A DNA stretch of 64,000 nucleotides, from contig BCKQ01000003.1 in assembly GCA_001600695.1 (NCBI GenBank), positions 838,003 through 902,002 of the forward strand, in the 5' to 3' direction. This DNA comes from Ascoidea asiatica JCM 7603. Taxonomy: Eukaryota; Fungi; Ascomycota. The notes beneath the pieces are model-generated. The model had not been told where the DNA came from, did not search any database, and saw only the letters and a program-made list of their open reading frames with translations. Positions 34,531 through 44,977 of the stretch are shown one piece after another; within the stretch, counting starts at the first letter, position 1, and each line of letters opens with the position of its first letter. A program made the position numbers and the translations under genes.

Positions 34531-34666
34531 GGCTGGTTGGGGCTGGTTGGGGCTGGTTGGGGCTGAGGAAGGTGTTGGGGTGCACGCTCAGGCAGTGCTT
34601 TTGGACCGGTTCTTGGGAGGTTTGGGGTTTAGGGGGGTTGGGAGGTTTAGGGGGATTTAAAGGGGT
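34531..34666 (+). repeat. G-rich tract: (GGCTGGTTGG)x3 followed by six G3-G6 runs
   Basis: Direct reading; 34615-34665 GGGAGGTTTGGGGTTTAGGGGGGTTGGGAGGTTTAGGGGGATTTAAAGGGG. Confidence 0.85.
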
Positions 34667-35074
34667 TAACTACGGATAACAATGGAAAAAGTTACGGATT
34701 ATATAAGCATGATGTTTAGAGACCGCTTTTATGGAACTTCTTGTACATGCAAAGAAACGTATTTAGCTGTCTTTTGCCGTTGACTTGGCATTTCCTTGCA
34801 GTACCCAGATTTTCAAATTATTTTTATATAACTTTATTCATTACTACTGTACTACTGTACTTTTATTTATTATTCAATGATGATTTTTTATTTAAATTTA
34901 TTTAAATTACATAAAATAAAATGATTTTTAAGGAGAAAGAGAAGAAAAGTATTGTTATTATAATATAGCGGAACACTTCAATATATATGAAGGATATGAT
35001 GTTTATAGATGTAAGAAAAAAGAAATGAAATTTAATGAAATGATTATTAATTTTTTTTTTTAGTTTTTTTTATG

Positions 35075-35373
35075 TCAATTATCAAAATTATTCAAATATC
35101 TTTCTGTTGAATTAGAGAAGTTTAAATATTGTATACTTTTTCTAAAGGACTTAGAAGTATTTGATGAAGAAGAAGAATTACTATCATTAGTAGTAGTAGT
35201 AGTAGTAGTAGTGTTAGCTGTGTTTGTAATAGATTGTGGATTAAATTGAGTTTGATTTTGAAGTGGATGTGGAGGAGGTACAGCCAGATTTATATTATTA
35301 TTATATTGAGACATTGAGATATTTGAAATTGAATCATTTTGATTAAAAGAACTATGAAAATCATAATAATCTC

Positions 35374-35413
<40 letters not shown>

Positions 35414-36913
35414 ATAATTATTATAATTTGAATTTATAATATCATGTTTTAAAGAACCAATACAAACTTGATTTGAATAATTATTATAATCCATATCAAT
35501 AAATTTTCCACTATAAATATCTTTTAATTGAATTTTATTATATTGATTATCATTATCTTTGTTATTATTATAAAGAATATTATTAATATGATTTAAATCA
35601 TTAAAATTTTTTGAGATTGGTAAATATGAATAAAAAGTTGAAGAATCATTTGATAAACAATAAATAATTTTTTTATTATTAATATAATTAAATTTATTAT
35701 TATCATTAATTATTGAAAATTTAGAATTTTTTATAAATTTATTATTTAAATTTAAAAAATTAGATAAATTATAATATTTATAAATTAATTTATTTTTATT
35801 ATTTAAATCAAAAATTCTAATTTCATTATTATTAGTTGATAAAGTATAAATAAAATTTGAATCATAATCAATTTCAAATTGTTTATTACCATTATCAATT
35901 GTATTATTATTATTAATATTATTATTAATATTATTATTAATATTATTATTAATATTATTTGTAAAAGATTTATATTGATTTTTTTTATTAAATCTTAAAT
36001 CATATAAATTTATATTTGAATCTAAATTTGAAGTTGAAATAATTTTATAATCATTATAAAATTTTAAATCAGTTAATTTATTATTAATTTTTAAATTATT
36101 ATTATGATTTGAAATTAAATTAAAAATTGAATTTTTTTGTCTAATATCATAAATTGATAATAAATTTTTATTTGAAGTTATTAATAAATTTTTATTAAAT
36201 TTTGAAAAACATGAATTATTAAAACAAGAAATTGAATTTAAAGATTTAATTGAATTAATTTTAAAAATTGAAATTTTTTTTATTGAATCTAATAAATTAA
36301 TTTGATTTAATTGAGTTATTAAAAAAATTGAATCATCATTTGATAAATTTAAATTAATAATATTACCAAAATTAATTAAATTTGAAAAATTTTCTAAAAT
36401 TACAGTATCTTGTTTAATTTCTGAATGAATATTAATTAAACCATTATTATCACCAGATAATACAAAAGAATTATTATTAAAAGTTTTTAATTTAAAATTT
36501 ATAGAATTTGAAGAATATGAAATTATATGAGAATTTGAAATTTTTTTATTTTTTAAATAATATAAAGGTAAATAATTATTCCAATTATTTAAATAATTTA
36601 AATTTGATAAATTTGAATAAATGAGTAAATTATTTTGATTTATATTATTATTATTATTATTATTTGAAATAAATTTTAAATTATGATTATTAATATTTTG
36701 ATATAATTGATTTTTTTTTAAATTTATATTCAGATTTGATAATGATCTTTTTCTCTTTACTTGAATATTGTTATTGTTATTGTTATTGTCAACTTCATGT
36801 TCTTGTTCTTGTTCTTGTTCTTCTTGTTCTTGTACTTGTTGTTCTTCTTTTTCTTTTTCTTTGCCTTTGTTTTTATTTTTATTGTTATTTTGTAATAAGG
36901 ATACAATATCCAT
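35075..36913 (-). CDS. WD40 DCAF-type protein, divergent Cdt2/DTL-like, 612 aa
   Basis: First ATG 36913. Degenerate WD repeats with two DxR boxes (IYDIR, LYDLR); segments LSNDDSIFL, FSKFNKNLLIT, LTDLKFYNDYKIISTSNLDSNINLYDLR follow the order of recalled Cdt2/DTL motifs. Confidence 0.6.
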
Positions 36914-37344
36914 TCTCAAAATATATATATATATATATATATACTATATATTGTATATGATATATATTATATGATTTTGATACATATAGATTTAAATATA
37001 TATCAATCTATCAATATATATATGAGATATGAGATATTATTACTTTTTAGTATTATTTTATAAATTATATTGATAATATTAGTATTATTATTAACATCTT
37101 TATTATATTAACAACAGAGTTATACTCCTAATATATATAATATATATAATATATATAATATATAATGATATTATTATATCATTGTTTTAGCATAGTCTCG
37201 TTATTATATCACTGATATTTTGGTAGTGTTTCTATTGTTTTATTGTTTTATTATGGCAGTTGGAAGCCAGCGGGATTGAAATAGGACAAAGAAGAGCAAC
37301 AAAAGAAGCAAAAGAAGGAAGAGCCCAGTCCTAGCTGAGCCCGG

Positions 37345-37465
37345 GCTGCGTCTGGCTGCGTCTGGCTGCATCTGGCGATTTTGGAGGTTTTGTGTTTGTG
37401 TTCTGGTGGTTTTGGTGCGTGTGGTGCGTGTGGTGTTGGAAGTGGTTGGTGGTTGGTGGTTGGTG
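37345..37465 (+). repeat. GC/GT-rich short tandem repeats (GCTGCGTCTG x3; TGGTGCGTG x2; TGGTTGG x3)
   Basis: Direct reading, in the divergent intergenic region between the WD40 gene and the microprotein gene; followed by GTCACGTG near 37481. Confidence 0.75.
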
Positions 37466-37930
37466 ACTGTGGGGAATCCAGTCACGTGTGGGTGGGTCAC
37501 TGTGTTTCCTAATTGATATAATCATAACTAGATAATTAGATATTTAGGTAATTAGGTAATTAGTTATTTAGTTAATTAGTTGATATTTGATACGTTACAA
37601 AAAAAAGCAGGAAGAGAATCTTCAAGTTGGGAAACAAATAAATAAATCTACTGATTGTGGAGTGAAGAAGTGAATGAAGAAGTGAAGAATCATTCACCAA
37701 CTATTACTAACAATCACTTGATGCACTCCTTCAATACAATACAATACAATACAATCAATTCTCTCTCTTCTTTCTCTTCTTTCTCTTCTCCAGGTTTATT
37801 CAATTGACTTATTCAATTGACTTAATTCAAATTCCAGGTGTAAAAACGCCGTTTGGATACTTTGAATGTTTGAAACCTGGGGAAGGCCAGATGTTCAATC
37901 ATTGAATATATGAAGAATTCATTGAATATC

Positions 37931-37969
37931 TTAAGAAATCTTAAGAAATCTTAAGAAATCTTAAGAAAT
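37931..37969 (+). repeat. Tandem repeat (TTAAGAAATC)x4
   Basis: Direct reading. Confidence 0.85.
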
Positions 37970-38398
37970 GTGTTATTTCATAAATGAATATTCAATTATT
38001 TCAGTTATTTTCAAATCTTCAATTTTACCAGTTTACCAGTTTATCATTTATCATTTATCATTTATTTTACCTTTTACCTTTTACTTTTTACTTTTTCATT
38101 TTACATTTTACATTTTACTATCAATACTATTATTAGTTAATACTAAATATACTACTATACTAAATATACTATTATACTATTATACTATTATACTATTATA
38201 CTATTATACTGTTTATTTAATATTTATATAAATATGGGGTAAATTCTTCCTTTTTATATCCATATCCATACAATCTATCAATCTATCAATCTATCAATCT
38301 ATCAATTTATCATTATATCTTATATCTCATATTATATATTATATATTATATTATATTATATTATACTATCATTCTCTCACTTCATATCATATATCAAA

Positions 38399-38696
38399 AT
38401 GGTAAGTAACTAATCATATATATCAATATAATATATATCAATATAATATATATCAATATAATATTACTTAATCAATCAATTTTACTAACAATATAATTAA
38501 TTTAATTAATTTTTTATTTATTTAGTCTGGTTTAAAAAAATGTCTTTTATGTGAACAAAATTTTCCTGAAATTGGTATTAATAAAATTGGTTTATGTTTT
38601 GGTTGTTCAGGAATTTATTTTAGAGAAATGCAAAGTCCATTAGCTGATAGATATAAATTAATTTCAAAATTAAAAGGTAAAGGTAAATTTAAATAA
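38399..38696 (+). CDS. Spliced 57-aa Cys4 (CxxC-x14-CxxC) basic microprotein; exon1 38399-38401 (ATG only), exon2 38526-38696
   Basis: CAAAATG|GTAAGT, TACTAAC at 38483-38489, TTTAG at 38521-38525. Product MSGLKKCLLCEQNFPEIGINKIGLCFGCSGIYFREMQSPLADRYKLISKLKGKGKFK; codon choice (GGT, TTA, TGT, GAA, AGA) matches the housekeeping genes here. Confidence 0.85.
38402..38525 (+). other. Spliceosomal intron directly after the start codon, 124 nt
   Basis: Consensus GTAAGT / TACTAAC / TAG, with no AG between branch point and acceptor. Confidence 0.9.
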
Positions 38697-39197
38697 TCTA
38701 TTATATTATAATCAATCTATTATATTATATATCTATATTATATCAATGTTAATGTTAATGTCAATGTTTTATATCTATATCTATATTTATCTTTTAATTA
38801 CATCTTTGCTATTTCATTAACTATTTCATTAACTATTTCATATATTATCATTATCATTTAATTCATTCTTTATCTATTCATTTAGTTATTCATTTAGTTA
38901 TTCATTTAATAAACTTCATTTCTTTTTATATCATTCTCACTCGTCATTATAATTACTGTAATTAATGATTGATTGAAGAATAAAATTATTTAATAAAAAT
39001 AAAAAATATTTATAGTCACGTGCATATTAAACTAGAGCCTTAACACTGGACCGCTGGCTTTTATCAAGAATTTAATTAAATATTCCTTTATATTTGTTTA
39101 TCTATTATTTATATCTTATTTGTTTATTTATTTATTTATCTATCTTCATTCAATTCAATTCAATTCAATTCAATTCAATCAATTCATTATATTCAAA

Positions 39198-40052
39198 ATG
39201 ACAAATGATATCTCAAATAATAACAATTCAAATGACAATAAAGATGATAATGAATTAAATGAAATTTTAAAAGATCAATTATTAGATTCTTCTCGTTTAG
39301 ATAATTTAGATTTACTTAATTCAATTTTTAAAAAATTAAATAATAATAATTTAAAAATTTCAAATTTAATTAATTCAACTTTTGATACTTTTGGTAATAC
39401 TCCTTTACATCTTTCAATAAAATATGGTAGTTTTCAAATCTTAGATACAATCTTAGATTTTGAAAATATAGAAATTGATCCAAAAAATAAAATTAATTAT
39501 GAAACTCCATTACATTTCTCAATTTATTATTTATTTAATATTACTGATAACTTTAATAATAATAATAACAAAAAAGATATTTTGGAACTTGAAGATAAAT
39601 TAAATTTTGGTAAATTATTACTTGAAACTTTAATTGAATCAGGTTCAGATCCAAGAATTAAAAATAAAAATAATGAAAAATCAATAGATTTAATTTATTT
39701 AAAATTTCCAAATTTATTATCAAAAAATTTTAATAATAAAATTATTTTAAATTTTCAAGAAAATTTTTATTTAAATTTAATAAATTATTTAAAAAATTCT
39801 GAATTACAATTTATTCAAGAAGAATCTATACAATTTTTAGAAAAAAAATCTTCATTAAATTCAATTACCAATAATAATAATAATAATAATAATAATGATA
39901 ATAATATAATTCCAGATGAATTTAAACAAAATATTTCAAATTCAGATTCAAATTCAGATTCAAATTCAGCTTCAGATTCTGATGATGAAAATGATATTGA
40001 TGATCCAAATATTCAAAATTTATCAAATAATACTAAAAAATTATCAATTTAA
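39198..40052 (+). CDS. Ankyrin-repeat protein, YGL242C-like, 284 aa
   Basis: First ATG 39198. LKDQLLDSSRLDNLDLL, FGNTPLHLSIKYGSFQILDTILD..IEIDPKN..ETPLH, GSDPRIKNK; acidic tail; adjacent to KAP114 as in S. cerevisiae. Confidence 0.85.
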   Translation: MTNDISNNNNSNDNKDDNELNEILKDQLLDSSRLDNLDLLNSIFKKLNNNNLKISNLINSTFDTFGNTPLHLSIKYGSFQILDTILDFENIEIDPKNKINYETPLHFSIYYLFNITDNFNNNNNKKDILELEDKLNFGKLLLETLIESGSDPRIKNKNNEKSIDLIYLKFPNLLSKNFNNKIILNFQENFYLNLINYLKNSELQFIQEESIQFLEKKSSLNSITNNNNNNNNNDNNIIPDEFKQNISNSDSNSDSNSASDSDDENDIDDPNIQNLSNNTKKLSI

Positions 40053-40305
40053 TCTTTCATTTCTTATTTCTCTTTATCTCTATTCATTCTTTATCTTTTT
40101 TCATCTTTTTCATCTTTTTCATCTTTTTCATCTTTTTCATCTTTTTTTTCTCATATTATCTAATTTCTCACTTTTTTTATTTCAAATTCATTTAATTTTC
40201 ATCTTTTTTAGAATCTTCTTTTTTATTTATACAATATATAGTTATATTTATATTTATATTTATATTTATATATAATTTAATAAACCCATTTTTTTTTAAT
40301 TATAT

Positions 40306-43300
40306 TTAAATAATCTCTTTGGCTAAAATTGTTTTTTCTTCATCATTTAATTTCTCATAATATTTCTTAATTCTATTATTATTTTCTTTATTCTTAAAAC
40401 ATTCTTTAAAAAATTCAATTAAAATTTCTTTTATACTACGTTTATCTTTTATTTTATTTCTTTTTATTCCATTTATTTCATATTCCCCTTCTTCATAATC
40501 ACTATCATCATCACCATAATCATCATCATCTTCATCTGTTCTTTCTATTTCCATTTCTCGTTCTCCATCAACTTCTTCAACTACATTTTCATAATCTGAA
40601 ATATATTTCCTTAATTTATCAAATGTTGGAACTCCAATATCTTCAATATCTTCCCATCCATCTTCATCTTTACTTTCATCATTTTCATTTTCATTCTCAG
40701 TTTCATTTATTTCATCTTCCATTTTACCAATTATAAAATCATTTGGATCTGGTTGTTGAGTTTCAAATTTTAATTCTGATATAAATAATTTTAAAATTTT
40801 TATATTTCCATTTATTTTTTCATATTTTAATGGATGTTTTTTACTTATTGATCTTGTAATAATTAAATTTGGATCTAATCCTTGATCTTTTAATAAATCT
40901 CCATCAAAATAAATTTTTTCAATTCTTAAATCTTCAAGTAAAAAAATTTTACCTAATGCTAATATATTTTTTTTTAATTTTTCTTTACCTGAAATACTTG
41001 AAAAAATTTCAAACCATGAATTTAAAACAATTTCTAATCCATTTTTATAAAATTCATTATTATTTAAAAAAAATTTTATTTTTATATCATATAAAATATT
41101 TATAATTTCATTTGTTGAAATTAAAATTAAATTACAAAAAACTAAAATTAAATTTTCTTTAATTAAAATTTCTTTACAAATTGATAATCTTTTAATAATT
41201 AATTCAATAATTATAAAATAATATTCATTAAGATAATTACCAAGTTTATTTATTATTGAATTTATAATTATTCCACTAAATTTTGCTGCAGAATCTGATA
41301 ATTCAATTAAAAGAAATTTTTGTATACATTTTAAAAGAATTTCAATTCCTGAATTATTTCTTAAAAAATCTTTATATTCAATAAAATAATTTGAATTTGA
41401 ACTTATTAATATTGAATTTAAAACTTCACTACTTGTTTGTAAAATTTGATCATCAATATTATCTAATAAAATTAAATTAATTAATTTTGGAAATATAAAT
41501 TTAAATACATCATTTGGTAATTCTTTATTTGGACAATATTTTATAAAACTATTAATTAATTCTAATGAAAAAATTAATTCTGAAGAATATTCACATGAAT
41601 TTGAATAATTTTTAATATTTTCATTAATAATTTCAATTAAAATTGGTAATCCAAATTCTGCTTGTTTTAAATATTGTTGTAAAGAAATTCCTTTTAAAAA
41701 AATTTTTAAAACATTTTTTGCATCTTCAATTATTGTTAAATTACTAAAATCTATTGCAGAAATTTTAAAAATTAATTTAATTATTGTATCATTTAATCTT
41801 GCAGTTTCAAAATTAATTTTTATTAATGGTGTTAAACTTTCCATTAAAATTGTTGGTGTATCATCTGTTGAAGAATCTAATAAATCAGAAATAATTGATA
41901 AAATCATTTCTTGATATGTTGAAGATATTTGAAGTTTATCAAATTCTAAAATATTATTATAAAATGATAAAGCAATTAAAGTTGATGATCTAACTAAGTT
42001 AACTTTATTTTTAATATCATCATCTTCATCATCATCTTCTTCTTCTCTAGAATTATTATTATGATTTTCATTTAAATATTTATGTAAATTAAATGAAGTT
42101 TCAATTGAGATAGTAAATGAATGTATAATTAATTCTTTATTAAGTAAATCTGAGAATCTTTCAATAAATTTAGTTATAAGAAGTAAACTTCTAGAAATAA
42201 TAAATGGATTTTCATTAATTTGAATATTAACAACAAATTTATATAAATCATTAAAAGTTATATTCATTTCAGTAAATTTTAAAAGTAAATCTTCAGGCTC
42301 TTCATCATCAACAAAATCATTAATAAATAAACCTTGTAAGATTGATAAAATAGATTCTTTAATTAAATAATAATTATTTTTTGAAAGTATTTGAAAACAT
42401 GGTAATGAATTATTTATAATAGATAAATTTTGAAATGAATTTAATTTTGAATTTTCTAAAAAATTTAAACCATTTATAGAAAAAGATAAATATTTAAATG
42501 AATCAAAAGAATTTAATTCTGATAAATATTCATTAATTGAATCTCTAACATTATAATCAACACTCATTCCAGATTCTATTGTTACAAAAGAATTGAAATT
42601 TAATAAATAATCTTCAATTGTATCATTTGGATAAATATTAAAAATTACAATTGAATTAAATAATTTCAATAATAAATCATCATTTTTGAATTTATTTTCA
42701 GCAGAAGGATCAGATAATGAATTATCACTAACACAAGTTAAGAATTGAAAAATTTGAATTAATAACTTACTTAAAGATTGATCATCAGAATCAATTGAAG
42801 TAGAATGTGAGGAAGAAGAGGAATTAATAATTGAGTAATCTGAATTTGAATTTGAATTTGAATTTGAATTTGAATTTGAATTTGAAATATTTAAATTAGA
42901 AGGATCTATTGATTGTTTATAGTAAAATAATGTTAAAGAAGATAATTGATTGATTGCCAATGGAATTAATTCTGGATAATAATGTTTTAATTTAAAATAA
43001 TTGACTAAAGATACTAAAATTTTATAAAATTGTTCAGCTAATTTTAAATAATCTAATTCTAAGATTTTATTTGAAATTGTATAATTGTATAAATCATTTA
43101 ATAAAGATATTAATAATTTCATTATTTGAACAACAGTTGATTGAACAAAATTTTTTCTTTTTTTATTATTATTTGATTCAGAAGATTGAAATTGTTTTAA
43201 ACAATTTTCTAAAAATTTTGAAGCTTCAATTTTTACATTAAGAGAAATTTGATTATTTGATTGTGATAAAAGATTAATACAATAATTAATTGTATTTAAA

Positions 43301-43824
43301 CCAACGGAACCTTCATAAAATTGTTCATCAGTTATTATATCATCAAAAATATTTGTTAAAACTATTAAACCACCAAGTAATGAATTTTCATTACAATTTG
43401 AATTTGATAAATCTATAAAAGAGTATAATATATTTAATAAATCTGGCCATTCATCAGGATAATCAACAACAGCAATTTGAGAAATACAATAAGCAGAAGA
43501 ACTTTTAATTTTACTATCATTATCAATTAATAAATTTAATAATTGAGATCTAATAATTTTTTTAATATTTTGATTTATTGGATTACCTTTAAAAGATACA
43601 AACCCAATTGACCAATAATATGGAACTAGTCTTTTTAAATTTAATAAAGCACTTTGTCTATTTGATATTAATTGATTTAAATCAGAAGCAATATTAATTA
43701 AAGCTAAAGAAATATTGGAAGGATCATTTGAAGAAATTTCTTTAAAATTTGATTCAGCTTGAGAACGAATTGAGTTATCTGGATTTTGAGTATTTATAAG
43801 AATATCTAAAATTGTTGAGTCCAT
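40306..43824 (-). CDS. KAP114: Importin-9 family karyopherin Kap114, 1172 aa
   Basis: IBN_N domain (NPDNSIRSQAE..RQSALLNLKRLVPYYWSIGF), IAVVDYPDEWPDLL, HEAT repeats, GDL..IITRS and DEDGWEDIED C-terminal motifs. Confidence 0.9.
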   Translation of the reverse strand: MDSTILDILINTQNPDNSIRSQAESNFKEISSNDPSNISLALINIASDLNQLISNRQSALLNLKRLVPYYWSIGFVSFKGNPINQNIKKIIRSQLLNLLIDNDSKIKSSSAYCISQIAVVDYPDEWPDLLNILYSFIDLSNSNCNENSLLGGLIVLTNIFDDIITDEQFYEGSVGLNTINYCINLLSQSNNQISLNVKIEASKFLENCLKQFQSSESNNNKKRKNFVQSTVVQIMKLLISLLNDLYNYTISNKILELDYLKLAEQFYKILVSLVNYFKLKHYYPELIPLAINQLSSLTLFYYKQSIDPSNLNISNSNSNSNSNSNSNSDYSIINSSSSSHSTSIDSDDQSLSKLLIQIFQFLTCVSDNSLSDPSAENKFKNDDLLLKLFNSIVIFNIYPNDTIEDYLLNFNSFVTIESGMSVDYNVRDSINEYLSELNSFDSFKYLSFSINGLNFLENSKLNSFQNLSIINNSLPCFQILSKNNYYLIKESILSILQGLFINDFVDDEEPEDLLLKFTEMNITFNDLYKFVVNIQINENPFIISRSLLLITKFIERFSDLLNKELIIHSFTISIETSFNLHKYLNENHNNNSREEEDDDEDDDIKNKVNLVRSSTLIALSFYNNILEFDKLQISSTYQEMILSIISDLLDSSTDDTPTILMESLTPLIKINFETARLNDTIIKLIFKISAIDFSNLTIIEDAKNVLKIFLKGISLQQYLKQAEFGLPILIEIINENIKNYSNSCEYSSELIFSLELINSFIKYCPNKELPNDVFKFIFPKLINLILLDNIDDQILQTSSEVLNSILISSNSNYFIEYKDFLRNNSGIEILLKCIQKFLLIELSDSAAKFSGIIINSIINKLGNYLNEYYFIIIELIIKRLSICKEILIKENLILVFCNLILISTNEIINILYDIKIKFFLNNNEFYKNGLEIVLNSWFEIFSSISGKEKLKKNILALGKIFLLEDLRIEKIYFDGDLLKDQGLDPNLIITRSISKKHPLKYEKINGNIKILKLFISELKFETQQPDPNDFIIGKMEDEINETENENENDESKDEDGWEDIEDIGVPTFDKLRKYISDYENVVEEVDGEREMEIERTDEDDDDYGDDDSDYEEGEYEINGIKRNKIKDKRSIKEILIEFFKECFKNKENNNRIKKYYEKLNDEEKTILAKEII

Positions 43825-44977
43825 TTGTTTTAAGTTGTTAAAAAAAGAGTTATAATAAAAAATTGATATGAAAAAAAAGTTATTAGTTATTAGTTATTAG
43901 TTATTAATTATTAATTATTAGATACTAATTGTTGAATTGAATTAGTATTTATTAGTGGTCAGGATCTTATCCTTTGAAAATTTGAAATAAATTTAGTCAG
44001 AGAATGAATTAAAAATTGACTAATTGAGAATAATAATAATATTATTTTGTTTATGACAATTTAGTCTCTATAGTTTCTCTGGATATTGGAGTAATTATTA
44101 AAGCTTCATAAAAAGACTTCTTGTAAACAATAAATGAAAGCAAAAAAAAAGCTGAATCAAGTTGTGAACCAAGTGCTGGAATTGAAAATGATTTGAATAA
44201 TTCAATAAAGATGTATCAATTATATTTTCAGAATGAATTAACAATAATTTAGCAATAAATTGAATTAATTTAAATTAATTTGAAATAAAATAATAAATAA
44301 ATAATAAATAATAAAACCAGAAAACCGTTAAAGAATCAAAAAAATAAAGCATTAAAACATTAAAGCTTTAAGAATTAAAATACTTTAACGCCAGTTCAAA
44401 TCTCCCAGTGAAAAACACGACAATTTTCATTTTCACACCCAACGCCAAAAATCAAATAATCAAATATTTTTTCGGTGCGTGCGCCAAAATTCCAATTTTT
44501 CTTCTGTCCACTGGGAATTTGCACTTGAATATTATTTTATTGATTATTTTATTTATTATTTTATTGATTATTTCAACAGTTTTGATTTCTGAAAGAGAAT
44601 ATGAGCTTATGAGTCTAAGAATATGAGAATTATTATGAGCTTAGTGATCATGAAAGAAGGTTGAAGAAGTTAGGCAGACTCTGCAAATAAAATTATGATT
44701 AATGTTAGTGTTCAGATTTAAGAACCAAGCTTTAACTACAGAAATATCAGTACTGTTGATAAGAATTGGTTTTATTATTATTAATATTTTTATTAATATT
44801 CTTATTAATTACAGAGAAGAATGAAAAGAAAGACAAAAGAAAAATTAAAAAGAAAGACAAACCTGTTTTAAAGATAAGAAAAAATACACAGAGATAACTA
44901 AGAGATAAGAAAAGATAACAAAGATAAACTGAAGTAAACAGAGATAAACTTTATTTTAAAAGAAAAATAATATATAA

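Noticed and set aside
38399-38696. Calling the microprotein ribosomal protein S29 or Rpb12
   Set aside because: Only Cys spacing resembles S29; the highly conserved SHPR..GKGSR and GLIRKY motifs, and the Rpb12 RILLK.RT motif, are absent.
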